Notes: generated from the letters alone by a model not told the origin. A DNA stretch of 64,000 nt from Bythopirellula sp. (GCA_965216565.1 OZ244170.1:4832001-4896000), one strand, 5' to 3'; positions 50,712 through 60,535 are shown, counted from the stretch's first letter. Translations and numbers: made by a program.

Positions 50712-52727
50712 CTACTCCTCCGCAGATTCGAGTTGGGGATTTAACTCCTGTTGAGATTCCTTCTTCCGACGGCGAGCTTCGCGTCGTGCCAGCAGGGCCG
50801 AGGACCGCTTCGGTCGAGTCTGCTCCTTGGCGGAAATGGAATCTGATTGCTCACCCGATGCCTGACCCGTCCCTTCCTGACTATTCTGCAGTGCCCTTTC
50901 TCCCTGGCTGCCTAACTCATGCGCTTCAGACTGTCCGGTAGATTGTGAAGCCGCTTGAGCCTCCTGTCGGACTGAATCAGAATCGACAGCAACCTCGCTT
51001 CGATAGAGTTTTGCTTGGGTGTGAATCGTACCAGTGACTGATTGATGCAGTTTTCTTGAGTCTGCCTGGAGCGAGCTGACTTGTTTACCTACGCTAGCCA
51101 AATCACTGATGCGCATTTCCAGCTTGCTTCGAATATCTTCGGCACGCATTGATTCTCGCTTCGCTTGTTCCTTGGATCGGTTCGCATGCTCTTCGACTGC
51201 CCGTTTCAGTTCCCTCTCGAATTTCTTGCTGATGTCCCGAAAATAGTCTCTCAAGTATGTCAACTTACCTTTCTCGACTTGTTCGATAACCTTTGTGCCG
51301 TCGCTGAATAGAGAATCTTTGATCTTTGACATCTCTTTCTCAGATTGCGACTCTTTCTCGCGTCGCCACACAAAGATTGCATTGACCATGCTACCAATGA
51401 GTACCGTTGCCATGAATAATCCGAACCCGGAACGCATCAGCCCACTGGCAAACAGATTGGGTAGACCCATACGTCCCATGAGCGAAACGAACATGATCAA
51501 TATGAAAACTTTCTGTCGCCCGGCAGTCAGTACGTCGAAAAACCCCTTGCGAGCCAATTCGATATGCGATTCCTTGCCGATGGCCATCAGGTTTTCGACT
51601 CTGCGCCAGATCTCCGTCTCTCGGAGAGAAACGTTTTCTAGATGGAATTCTGCGCTGTCGATGCCCGGTAGATTCTCGATAGAAGTCTCAGTTAATTCAG
51701 CTAGCTGATGTTGGATCGTCTTCACATCTTCCGATAACTCTTTCCGTAAGGCAAACTCGATGGCTCGGTTGACCGCGCCCAAATGGCTGCCGTTAATCGA
51801 CAGTTTCGTCAGTGATGGAGACTGATGTTTATCCAGATCTTCAAGCTGTAGTTTCGAAACTTGTTCCCGCATCAGATTGGTGAGATAACCAAGAGGTTGG
51901 GTTGCCCGTTCGCTTTTTAGGCTGATTGATTTCTCTAGCGAGGCCAAACCCTCGTTAAACTGATCGCGCACGTCGACAGCAGATTTGTCATTTTGCAGAC
52001 TTGGTCTAGGTGAATGAGCCGCTGCTTTGCGTGGTTGCCTGCTCTTCCTAGATTCCAGAGTGCCTAGTTCCCGCTGCTGACGTCCAACAAGGAAATCGAA
52101 AGCACCCTGCAATAGCCGAATCGAAGGCTCCATGAAAAGGACCTTTCGAAGGAGTCCCTCTGTTTTAGAAGACAGTAGTGCACTGTCGCCGGAAGCCTTC
52201 TCATCAAGAAACAGAGTTTCCATTCTGCCTTTGTGTGACTGAGCATGTGGCTGATCCCACCAAAGACTTTCGCTTGTGTGTGCTTGCGATCCTGCAACCC
52301 AGGGCCATATTGCAGGGAAGTGGGCGGCCAGCGTATCTAACGAATCTACCTCAGTCTCTCCTGAATGATGTCCCACCTCACCCGCAACGACTAATACATG
52401 GCCGGTTGTGCAAAACTCTTGGTTCAACTGCGAGTCGCTAGTGAGTTCTTCAAGATCCGCCAGTATGAATGTGGTGTGATTGTTCTCAACTTTTCTGAGC
52501 ATGTTTGCTGCGATCCAACGTTCCACAGACGCTCGAGCTTTGTCACTCAGGCAAAGTACCGAAACGACGAACGGTCCCTGACCATTGGAAAGAATCTTTT
52601 CAAAGGCACGTTTCGAGGGACTCTCGGCCTGGCCTCGCTCAAGTTTCTCGCTTACTTCTGCGCCCTGGGTGGCCAACAGAGTGAAATCTGCATTTAGCTT
52701 CTCAAGAATCTCAGAGTCTTGGTTCAT
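50712..52727 (-). CDS. Hypothetical 671-aa protein: alpha/beta N-terminus, long helical stalk, two-TM hairpin (dynamin-like layout)
   Basis: Start at MNQDSEI inferred; hydrophobic hairpin VFILIMFVSLMG...FGLFMATVLIGSMVNAIFVW flanked by coiled coils. Ends 5 nt before the Hsp70 start. Confidence 0.7.
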   Translation of the reverse strand: MNQDSEILEKLNADFTLLATQGAEVSEKLERGQAESPSKRAFEKILSNGQGPFVVSVLCLSDKARASVERWIAANMLRKVENNHTTFILADLEELTSDSQLNQEFCTTGHVLVVAGEVGHHSGETEVDSLDTLAAHFPAIWPWVAGSQAHTSESLWWDQPHAQSHKGRMETLFLDEKASGDSALLSSKTEGLLRKVLFMEPSIRLLQGAFDFLVGRQQRELGTLESRKSRQPRKAAAHSPRPSLQNDKSAVDVRDQFNEGLASLEKSISLKSERATQPLGYLTNLMREQVSKLQLEDLDKHQSPSLTKLSINGSHLGAVNRAIEFALRKELSEDVKTIQHQLAELTETSIENLPGIDSAEFHLENVSLRETEIWRRVENLMAIGKESHIELARKGFFDVLTAGRQKVFILIMFVSLMGRMGLPNLFASGLMRSGFGLFMATVLIGSMVNAIFVWRREKESQSEKEMSKIKDSLFSDGTKVIEQVEKGKLTYLRDYFRDISKKFERELKRAVEEHANRSKEQAKRESMRAEDIRSKLEMRISDLASVGKQVSSLQADSRKLHQSVTGTIHTQAKLYRSEVAVDSDSVRQEAQAASQSTGQSEAHELGSQGERALQNSQEGTGQASGEQSDSISAKEQTRPKRSSALLARREARRRKKESQQELNPQLESAEE

Positions 52728-52832
52728 TTGTCTATCTGCCTGGTGTTTTCCGCTATTTCTGTAAGTACTGGCCTTCACGCTATTTAGAGCTGCAATGCGG
52801 CTATTTGCTGCTTCACAATTCCCCGCTGTAAT

Positions 52833-52862
52833 GGAATTGCCATCGCGGGTTGATTCCGGACA
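52833..52862 (-). promoter_or_regulatory. Putative ECF-sigma promoter for the helical-TM/Hsp70 operon
   Basis: Minus strand TGTCCGG-N13-TGGCAATTCC. Confidence 0.7.
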
Positions 52863-52974
52863 CCTCATGACGAAAATTCCCTGCTCGCAAGCAGTTAGCA
52901 TTCGGGGTACCATCAACAAAGGGCATGAACTGACCGCAGTTTCAATCTCTGAATCTCTCTCGGACGGTCTTGCA

Positions 52975-53613
52975 GTGAGCGACACTGAACAATTTGAGCC
53001 TGATGCCGAATGGAACAGCTTTGTAAAAGGCTTGGTCTCAGGAGATCAAATCGCCTACAACGAATTCTGGGACAAGTATGGCAACCGTCTTAGTGCTGTG
53101 GCGAGGAACAACTTTCCTCGTGGCCTAAACAGACGCCTGGCCCCCGAAGACATCGTTCAATCTACCTGTCGGAGCTTTTTCCATCGGGTCACGACGGGGC
53201 GATTAGAGCTTTCCGATAGCGAAGCACTGTGGCGATTGCTGTGTGCCATCACTCTTAACAAAACTCGAATGAAGCATAGGTTTCATCTGGCCCAAAGGCG
53301 AGCTGCAAACCGCGAACAATCTGCTGAAGTGGAGAGTCCCGACGGTTCCACGTTCCGTGATGAAGTGGTCGACAAAGAGCAAATGCCAGACGAAGCACTC
53401 ATGTTCGCAGAACAATTAGAGGGCATTATGGAACTGCTGGACGACACCGAGCGCCGAATCTTGCAGTTGAAGCTCGAAGACCACACGAATGACGAGATTG
53501 CTGAGCTAGTTGAGCGTTCCGAGCGAACCGTGCGCCGGGTATTGAAACGGCTCCAAGAGAAACTTGAAGCTACGCTGCCAGAAGGCACAATCACATCCGA
53601 TGCAAGCGAATAA
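52975..53613 (+). CDS. ECF-type sigma factor (planctomycete kinase-associated type)
   Basis: GDQIAYNEFW..Y, PEDIVQS..SFF, LWRLLCAITLNK, HTH TNDEIAELVERSERTVRR. GTG start at 52975 inferred. Confidence 0.92.
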   Translation: MSDTEQFEPDAEWNSFVKGLVSGDQIAYNEFWDKYGNRLSAVARNNFPRGLNRRLAPEDIVQSTCRSFFHRVTTGRLELSDSEALWRLLCAITLNKTRMKHRFHLAQRRAANREQSAEVESPDGSTFRDEVVDKEQMPDEALMFAEQLEGIMELLDDTERRILQLKLEDHTNDEIAELVERSERTVRRVLKRLQEKLEATLPEGTITSDASE

Positions 53614-53647
53614 GCCAGCAGCGCCGATCCCCAACGACGCCGCTGGC
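53614..53647 (-). terminator. Hairpin between convergent sigma and D2 genes, probable terminator
   Basis: GCCAGCAGCGCCG-ATCCCCAA-CGACGCCGCTGGC; the two mismatches become G-U pairs on the minus strand, followed by TTATT. Confidence 0.5.
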
Positions 53648-53658
53648 CTTGCGAGTGA

Positions 53659-54558
53659 CTATCGCGAAGCTGCCTTGCGTAGCACCTCGGCCACGTCGAC
53701 TGCTTTTTTGTCGAACTTCTCGTAGACCTTTTCGCTATTTCGCATCTCATCATTCAAGTCGGTGAGTGCCTTTGTATATTTGGCACTAAGGTCGGCGACG
53801 GCGGATTCGCCATAAGTTTCGGCCATCGTATCGATGTGTTCTTGCAGCTTTTCCCATCCGTCGTCCTGATATTCGGCAACATTTTCTGGGGTCTGGCGTA
53901 CCATCGACTGCATCAGGTCGTTGTATTCGTGAACAGCTACCTTCCATACATCGAAGTTGTCCATCAACTTCTCTGAGACGTCGGTCATACTCTGCTTTAG
54001 CTGAGCGGATCCGCGTTGTTCGACAAACTGGCCGAAAGTGTCAATCTCTTTCTCTAAAGTTTCCTCGATCTCCTTCAATCCCTTGGCACTATCCTCAATG
54101 CGTTGCTCTGTTTTGGTAAAAACACCGGCTAGTGCCTCGTTCGATTCGTCAAGTGCATCTCGTGTTCCATCGATATCGAACACGAGCTGATCAATGACCG
54201 TCCTGGTCTCGTCTACCTTCTCTTCGATTTGTGAATCGTAAGATTTGATCTTCGTCTCGCGAAGTTCCATCGTAGATTGTGCAGAGTCACGTAGCTCAGC
54301 AACTCGAGTCGTGAGCTCGCCGAGCTTCTCCTTCAGTTCGGCGACCCTTGCCCGGCTTCCCGAAGTGGCGGCAGTTACCTTTTCATTCAGCGTGGACAGT
54401 CCTGAGGTCAACGAGGCGGTCAGTTCGCGGTACTCGTTGGCCATGATGTCTAGTTCGGGAGTCTTGTCCACGTAGTCAGTTCCTACGGTTCCGTTCAATG
54501 CTCGGATTTCTTCCAACGTGGTAACAGCTGCGTTAGCAGTGGTTTCGAAGTCGGCCAT
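53659..54558 (-). CDS. Acidic all-helical protein D2 (299 aa)
   Basis: MADFETTA N-terminus; paralog of 57636-58535. Confidence 0.85.
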   Translation of the reverse strand: MADFETTANAAVTTLEEIRALNGTVGTDYVDKTPELDIMANEYRELTASLTSGLSTLNEKVTAATSGSRARVAELKEKLGELTTRVAELRDSAQSTMELRETKIKSYDSQIEEKVDETRTVIDQLVFDIDGTRDALDESNEALAGVFTKTEQRIEDSAKGLKEIEETLEKEIDTFGQFVEQRGSAQLKQSMTDVSEKLMDNFDVWKVAVHEYNDLMQSMVRQTPENVAEYQDDGWEKLQEHIDTMAETYGESAVADLSAKYTKALTDLNDEMRNSEKVYEKFDKKAVDVAEVLRKAASR

Positions 54559-54625
54559 GGTTTGGTTTCCTTAAACTAAAAACTGGGGGGATACTATTAA
54601 GGCACGGGTGACTGATGATGAACAA

Positions 54626-55555
54626 CTAGAAAGAACCGCCAAAATCGCGTGCGAGATCTTGCATTGTTCTGGCTCTTTCCTCGATTTCTGCAACAAGCTC
54701 TTTGAGTTCTTCCAGACGGGGCTGAGCCCACTGCCTGACTTCGCTCGTTTCGTCGCAGAGAGTGTCAACTGTTGATTTGAGCGTATCGAATCGCTCGTGA
54801 GTTGTGCTAAGCACCTCCTTCAACTTGGTCGTCAGCTCTTCTTCGAGCTTGGCACGATTTTGCTCGGCGTACTCGATCATTTTGCCGGCTGATTCTTCAT
54901 AGGCGGCAGCCACGTCCTCCACGGCACTCTCGTTTGGAGCCTTCAGGAGTAGACCATGATTCACGATATCGATGTCGAGAGTCGGTTTCAGGTCCATGGC
55001 GGCATAGCCAAACTCAGACGCCTTTTCGGCTATTTGCTGTTCGAATGCCTCCAGCTTCTGATCGACTTCGCCGTACTCGGCGTACATCCCTTCAAATTCC
55101 TGTTCAAGCGACGGCAGTCGCGACGAAATCTGAGCGTCGGTCTCTTCGTGGACTCTGGCCAGGCTTTGGAGCGACGTCGTCACTCTTTCTGCTTCACCAC
55201 TGATTACGGTCGAAAACTCTTCTACTTCTCGAGTCAGGTTCCCAAGCTCTAGCTGGATGCGTCCTGAACCTTCCGTGACATCCTCAGCCACATCACCCAG
55301 CATTTCGACTACTTCTTCCAACTGCTCTTCGAGGTGGTCGTAGTCGCTATCGACTTCTTTGATAAACTCTTCAATCAAGAATTCGACGTTTTCGAACATG
55401 CCTTCAAAATCCATGGGAAGGCCCGTCTTGGACACATCGAAGGCTGCCTCGAGTACTTTCTGTGCCGAGGCCAATTTCTCGACCATAGTGTTTGCTTCTT
55501 CGGGAACCCAATAAGCGGTTGAGCCCAATGCCTTTAGTTTGTCGTCGTTACTCAT
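54626..55555 (-). CDS. Acidic all-helical protein C2 (309 aa)
   Basis: MSNDDKLKALG N-terminus; paralog of 58575-59513. Confidence 0.85.
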   Translation of the reverse strand: MSNDDKLKALGSTAYWVPEEANTMVEKLASAQKVLEAAFDVSKTGLPMDFEGMFENVEFLIEEFIKEVDSDYDHLEEQLEEVVEMLGDVAEDVTEGSGRIQLELGNLTREVEEFSTVISGEAERVTTSLQSLARVHEETDAQISSRLPSLEQEFEGMYAEYGEVDQKLEAFEQQIAEKASEFGYAAMDLKPTLDIDIVNHGLLLKAPNESAVEDVAAAYEESAGKMIEYAEQNRAKLEEELTTKLKEVLSTTHERFDTLKSTVDTLCDETSEVRQWAQPRLEELKELVAEIEERARTMQDLARDFGGSF

Positions 55556-55616
55556 CGTATTTGCCTTTCTCTAGGGCGGTAGTTGGTCTAGTTCTGTTCA
55601 AGGGAAACTGAGCGAT

Positions 55617-56585
55617 TTAGAGAGCTGTGTTCATCGTGTCGGCTGTCTGATTTGCCGCTTGAACCTTGTCGGGAAGCCCCGCGATTTCTTCGGCAAAAGT
55701 AGTGGCCGTTTGCGAGACGGCCCGTGTTTCCAATGCTTCGTTAGTGGCACGCTCGGAAACGTAGCTGCCGAACCCTCGCACTGCTTCGGTGGCTTCGTTG
55801 CCAGCTGTTTCCACCTCGCTTGCCAATTGTTCGTATTCCGGTGTGATTTTTTGCAAGTATTCTTGCAGCATGGCATCTGCGTCTTTCTCGGTGTCATTCA
55901 CTAATGCGATGAACTCGTCGCGGGCTTCGTCCACCGCCTTCGAGGCTCCCTCTTTGAAGGATGTCCCCATGGCTTGCCACAATTCGAGGCCATCGACAAA
56001 TTCGGAATCGATGATGGGAATATCCGATTCAATGAGTTTGGCGATCTTGGTCTTGAGAGGCGGATGTAGTTCGTTATGCTGATCGATTCGCGTGTTCATC
56101 TGTTGGATTAGTTGATCCCGAGTGCCAGTGAAGCCTTCCTTGCTCTTCTGCAAGGTGTCGAGCAATGAGCGAGCCGATTCCTTGATCGTGCCGAATTTCT
56201 GATCGGAAGTTTCGATGACTCCCGAGAGTGACGCAGTGCCTTGCTGAACGTCGTTTTCAACCGATTCCCGTGCAGCCTCAAGTTTTGTAGTCACGGTGTC
56301 AGCCTGGCCTGTGAAGTCGTCCAGCCGTTTGTCGGCTTGGCTCCACGCCTCCTCGACTTGCTGTTCGAGCTTGCCATAGCTGGTCTCAAACTTTTGCACC
56401 AGGTCGCGTTCGCGTTGCACCCAGTCGGCAATGGTTTCCAAGCTGCCTTTCCAGCCGATTGCTTCCGAATTGAGACGCTCCACGAGGTCACTCGACTGCT
56501 GGGTACCCTGATAGATGTGGGGCAGGTTTTCGTTAAGCTTCTGTTGGACTTCTTCTACGGTGGAACCAAAGTCAGCGATAGACAT
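55617..56585 (-). CDS. Acidic all-helical protein B2 (322 aa)
   Basis: MSIADFGSTVEEVQQKLNE N-terminus; paralog of 59564-60535; GGAG RBS. Confidence 0.85.
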   Translation of the reverse strand: MSIADFGSTVEEVQQKLNENLPHIYQGTQQSSDLVERLNSEAIGWKGSLETIADWVQRERDLVQKFETSYGKLEQQVEEAWSQADKRLDDFTGQADTVTTKLEAARESVENDVQQGTASLSGVIETSDQKFGTIKESARSLLDTLQKSKEGFTGTRDQLIQQMNTRIDQHNELHPPLKTKIAKLIESDIPIIDSEFVDGLELWQAMGTSFKEGASKAVDEARDEFIALVNDTEKDADAMLQEYLQKITPEYEQLASEVETAGNEATEAVRGFGSYVSERATNEALETRAVSQTATTFAEEIAGLPDKVQAANQTADTMNTAL

Positions 56586-56634
56586 AATGTTTCTCCAAAT
56601 ATCATCTAGAGTTTATGGTTGAGGCTAGGGACTT

Positions 56635-57528
56635 TTACAATTGCTCGTCGACGTCTTGAACGGCGGCGTCCGTTTTTTGGATATCTCCCAGCGTATTCTG
56701 GGCGTAGTCAACTGCATTTTCGACTTGCTGCTGCATTTCTTCGAATGCTTCCTTATAAGCGGTGTCGATGGCGACGAGTCTCGTCACTGCTGCTTCCGCA
56801 CCGCCGTCGACTGTTCGGATGATTTGAGAAGCATGTTGGCCGGTGACGGTTTGATAGGTCAGGCGGGCTTCGCTTTCTAGCTTCTCAATACCCGCATCGA
56901 TTTCGCTGCGGGTTTCGGTCATGATTCCTTCCACTTCTGCTTTCATCGCATCCAGCTTGCTGCCTTGTTCCTCTTCAATCTTGTCTAGCGCGGTGACGAT
57001 TTCTTGTCGCATGGCCTCAAGTTCCTGGAATGCACTTCCCACGGGCTGGAGGTAGCCATCGGAACTCTTTACCGCGGCGTCTTTCTTCTCGTCGATTTGC
57101 GTTGAGAACTGCTCAGCCAGTTGCTTGATTTGATTCAGTTCGCTGTTGAGCAGTTCGTTGTTCGACTCCACCGAGCGAAAGACGTTGTCGCTTTGGGTAT
57201 CTAGTTCGTCGAACACTTTCTCCGCGACTTGTTCAGTTTCGCCTACTTTATCCGTTAGGGTTGTTATGTTCTGTGTGAGGGACGAGAGCTTCTGCTCTGC
57301 TTCGCCCGCAGCCTTATCGAATAATGCATCAAAGCGAGGAAGCAGATCGTTCAAGCTATTCATATGTTCCAAGGCCGATTCCACGGAAGGGATCGTTGTT
57401 TCGGTGATCTCTTCATCCAACGGCACTAGATAATTGGTGATTGCTGTATGCAGCTTTTCACTCGTTTGTTGTAGTTCTTGGGCAGTGCCTAGGTTTTCTT
57501 CGAGTAGATCTTCAATGGTCGATGCCAT
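56635..57528 (-). CDS. Acidic all-helical protein A2 (297 aa)
   Basis: MASTIEDLLEENLG N-terminus; paralog of 60585-61475; GAGGTG RBS. Confidence 0.85.
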   Translation of the reverse strand: MASTIEDLLEENLGTAQELQQTSEKLHTAITNYLVPLDEEITETTIPSVESALEHMNSLNDLLPRFDALFDKAAGEAEQKLSSLTQNITTLTDKVGETEQVAEKVFDELDTQSDNVFRSVESNNELLNSELNQIKQLAEQFSTQIDEKKDAAVKSSDGYLQPVGSAFQELEAMRQEIVTALDKIEEEQGSKLDAMKAEVEGIMTETRSEIDAGIEKLESEARLTYQTVTGQHASQIIRTVDGGAEAAVTRLVAIDTAYKEAFEEMQQQVENAVDYAQNTLGDIQKTDAAVQDVDEQL

Positions 57529-57582
57529 GGTTCACCTCGGATTGTTTGATTTTGTTCTTAGGGCCTGGTTGCCCGCTGAATG

Positions 57583-57612
57583 GGAATTGTCATTGCCCGC
57601 CTGTAGCGGACA
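57583..57612 (-). promoter_or_regulatory. Putative ECF-sigma promoter for cassette 2
   Basis: Minus strand TGTCCGC-N13-TGACAATTCC. Confidence 0.7.
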
Positions 57613-57635
57613 CTTTTGGGCGAAAATTCTCGAAA

Positions 57636-58535
57636 TCAGGAGATTTTCTCGAGGATTTCCTTGATGTCGTGCAAAATGCCGATCACGGATTTCAGCCCCA
57701 CGGCGGTGGTATCCATCGCGGTGGTCATGGCTTCTTTGGCCGTGTCCATTGTCTCGCCGGCAGCCGTAGCATTCTCTGCCATGGCGGTGACATCGCCCGA
57801 AAACGATGAAACTCTCTCGGTGACGTTGCTAAGTACCTTCTCCTGCTCCGTTGCAGCCTGTTGCATCGTTTCTTCGGTAGATCGACTCAGCTCTGTGTGA
57901 ACCTCGGTTAGTTTGGTGTCGAATTCCGTTTGCAGGGCATCTAGATGCTGCCGGACTTCGATTCCTTTTTCTTCAAGCTGCGGAATGATGGAGTCGCTAA
58001 CATGGGCGATAAACTCGTCATTCTTCGTGCGAATTGCCGTGGCTTGCTCAGTGACGCCCGTGTTGGTCTCGTCTAGCTTGCTTTGCACGGTGGCAAACGT
58101 GGTTTCGGTTTGCGCGTTCGTTTGCTCGAGAGCCCCTTTGGCCTGCTCACAGCCTGACGTCAGTTCAACAACTTTTGCTTCTACTTGCTGCTGAGCGGTC
58201 TGGACCTGCTGATCCAACTGATTAACCATCTGCGTGACCTCTGCCGATTTATTGATCGAGTCCTCCCGTGAGGAGTTAGCCTGCTCTTTGGTGGCCACCA
58301 GGTGCTGCCGAAGCTGTTGGGCCTTAGCACTTTGCTGCTGGCGTGCGGCTTGGATTTGCTGGGAAATGGCTTCTACGACAGCCAGCATCTCCCCAGAAAG
58401 AGCAGCGTAGTCTTGTCCCGATTGCTCGAGCTTTTCCTGTGCTGCAGAGTACTTCGGTTGCGCGGCATCGATCATCTGATCGACTTCTTGAAGTTTAGAA
58501 ACGGCATCGACAGCGGTGGATTCGAAATCGGCCAT
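57636..58535 (-). CDS. All-helical protein D1 (299 aa)
   Basis: MADFESTA N-terminus, rich in Q/E/A/T; AAGGA RBS. Confidence 0.85.
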   Translation of the reverse strand: MADFESTAVDAVSKLQEVDQMIDAAQPKYSAAQEKLEQSGQDYAALSGEMLAVVEAISQQIQAARQQQSAKAQQLRQHLVATKEQANSSREDSINKSAEVTQMVNQLDQQVQTAQQQVEAKVVELTSGCEQAKGALEQTNAQTETTFATVQSKLDETNTGVTEQATAIRTKNDEFIAHVSDSIIPQLEEKGIEVRQHLDALQTEFDTKLTEVHTELSRSTEETMQQAATEQEKVLSNVTERVSSFSGDVTAMAENATAAGETMDTAKEAMTTAMDTTAVGLKSVIGILHDIKEILEKIS

Positions 58536-58574
58536 GATATTTGTCCTTATGGTCTAGGAGTTTGAGTGATTGAG

Positions 58575-59513
58575 CTAGAAGATGCTTGCCACCGTGCCGA
58601 ACACGCTGCCTACGGCTTTCGCGGCGTCGACCAGGCTTTCCAGTGGCTTGATTAAGTTGTCGAGTTCGTCAATGAGGGGGGAGATTGCTTCGCGAATTGC
58701 TTTGGTTTCGCCGTCGGCATTGGTCAGTTTGTCAGTAAGTTCCTTCAGCATGTCAGAGATCTTGGAGAGCAATTCGCGGATCATCTCCTTGGCTTCGCTC
58801 TCCAAAGCATTCACAGCCGCTTCGACCATGCCATCGACACCGCGGGTGAGCACATTCAGATGAATGTCAGTGACGGCATCTTCGAATCGTTCCACAAAGG
58901 AACCGACTTCTTTGGCTAGATCTAGGATGCGGTCACCTAATTCTTCCTGCTGGGCAGTGACTTTCTCGCCTAATGCAACAACCGTTTGTTCGCTTGCCGT
59001 TTTTACTTCGGCCAATGCTGTCTCGAATGAGCCCATCGACCCGTCGAGCGTTTCAAACCCAGTCGACGCTTGCTCTTTGCTAGAGTTGAGCCTCTGTTCG
59101 AGTTGCTGCTCTGCGTTCTGAACTTCGCCGACCATGGCAACGACACGCTCACCCGCCTCAGTAGCTGCGTTATCGAGCTGATCGATCTGGCCGCGGGTTT
59201 GTTCGATGTTAGTAACCATCTCATCGGTGTCGTCAGCCCACTGCGTAGCGGCAGCGCTAAGAGATTCTTCGACGCTCTCTGCATCAAGGGCAAGTTCCGA
59301 CTGCAATTGGCGACTTTCACCCAAATACTCGCGAAGTTCTTGGGCCACCTCCTCCACTCTACTCCGGAGTTGTGAATGGATGCTCTCGAACTCATTCTTT
59401 TGCTGTACTGCCAGCGTGTTGAATTCGGCGACTTGCTGATACATCGTTCCGATGCGTTCGGGGACGTCGACGGCGATTTGGCCCAGTATTTTTAGTTTGT
59501 CGTTGTTATCCAT
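58575..59513 (-). CDS. Acidic all-helical protein C1 (312 aa)
   Basis: Start set at MDNNDKLKILG by alignment to C2; apolar C-terminus AVGSVFGTVASIF. Confidence 0.85.
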   Translation of the reverse strand: MDNNDKLKILGQIAVDVPERIGTMYQQVAEFNTLAVQQKNEFESIHSQLRSRVEEVAQELREYLGESRQLQSELALDAESVEESLSAAATQWADDTDEMVTNIEQTRGQIDQLDNAATEAGERVVAMVGEVQNAEQQLEQRLNSSKEQASTGFETLDGSMGSFETALAEVKTASEQTVVALGEKVTAQQEELGDRILDLAKEVGSFVERFEDAVTDIHLNVLTRGVDGMVEAAVNALESEAKEMIRELLSKISDMLKELTDKLTNADGETKAIREAISPLIDELDNLIKPLESLVDAAKAVGSVFGTVASIF

Positions 59514-59563
59514 GATTTGGTACTTTCGTAGGTAGGTCACGCTCTGTGGGTGGGGGAATTTGG

Positions 59564-60535
59564 TTACAGGACGGCGTTAATGGCTCCAGTGATTTTCTTG
59601 GCAATAATCAACTCTGGGATCAACGGCGAGAGCATTCCGGTCGTGGCAACGCCCGCTTGGGTAGTAACGACGCTGGCAATCATCTCAGCGGCCAATGCTT
59701 CGACTACTTCCTTGCCAAGAGTTTCCAGTGCGTCTTCGACTAGATTTCCGAATTCGTTCTCGGTGTAATCCTGCAAATCGACAAAAATCTCTTTGCTCTT
59801 ACTCTTGAATTCCTCGATAAGATTGTCGGCGTCGGTATCGAACGCAGCAAAAAACTCATTGAGACTCGATTCGTGGTCCGTCGCCAGGGTGACAACGTTG
59901 GTCACGGCTTCCACGGTGCTATCGTTGAGACCATCAAATTGCTTGGCAACTTCGTCCTTATGTGACTGCGCGACAGTTGCGGTAAGCGTATCCAACGAAC
60001 CTTTGGAAGTTGCGCTGTCGGCTTCCCATTGTGTTGTGAAGTTCGAAACTTCTTCGCTCAATTCGCCGAACCCAGACTCAGTGTTCTCTCGTAAGGAAAC
60101 GACCATGGTTATCATCTCGGCCGCTCTCTGCTCCATCCTTTCGAGCTGAGTCGTTGTGTTACTGGAGGAATTGTCTAGTTCACTTGTGGCCTCATTGATA
60201 CGCAGTTCTGCCTGCTCTCCGGTCTGCACGATTCTTTCCAGGGCTTCTTCCGTTTTGTGCTGTACATCGGCTAGCTCCACGCCCAACTCATTCACCCCGG
60301 TCTCCAATTCGGACTGAGCCGCGTCGACTTCGCCGTCCATTGCATCAGCAGTTTCCTGCATCGCGTCAATCGATTGATCGAGTTCCGCGAAAGCACTCTG
60401 GTATTGAGTCAGTTCACCCTCCATCTGCTGATGGAGCTCCTTGGCACGCGCTGCGCCCGTGTCCATTAAGGGGAGAATCTCGTTGAGTTTCCGTTGAACT
60501 TCTTCTACGGTCGATCCGAATGCGGTAACAGACAT
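59564..60535 (-). CDS. Acidic all-helical protein B1 (323 aa)
   Basis: MSVTAFGSTVEEVQRKLNE N-terminus; 23-residue uncharged segment near the C-terminus. Confidence 0.85.
   Translation of the reverse strand: MSVTAFGSTVEEVQRKLNEILPLMDTGAARAKELHQQMEGELTQYQSAFAELDQSIDAMQETADAMDGEVDAAQSELETGVNELGVELADVQHKTEEALERIVQTGEQAELRINEATSELDNSSSNTTTQLERMEQRAAEMITMVVSLRENTESGFGELSEEVSNFTTQWEADSATSKGSLDTLTATVAQSHKDEVAKQFDGLNDSTVEAVTNVVTLATDHESSLNEFFAAFDTDADNLIEEFKSKSKEIFVDLQDYTENEFGNLVEDALETLGKEVVEALAAEMIASVVTTQAGVATTGMLSPLIPELIIAKKITGAINAVL

Noticed and set aside
52728..52985. Long N-terminal extensions of the two divergent ORFs given in the track
   Set aside because: They overlap each other head to head and cover the promoter motif; starts at 52727 and 52975 are more plausible.
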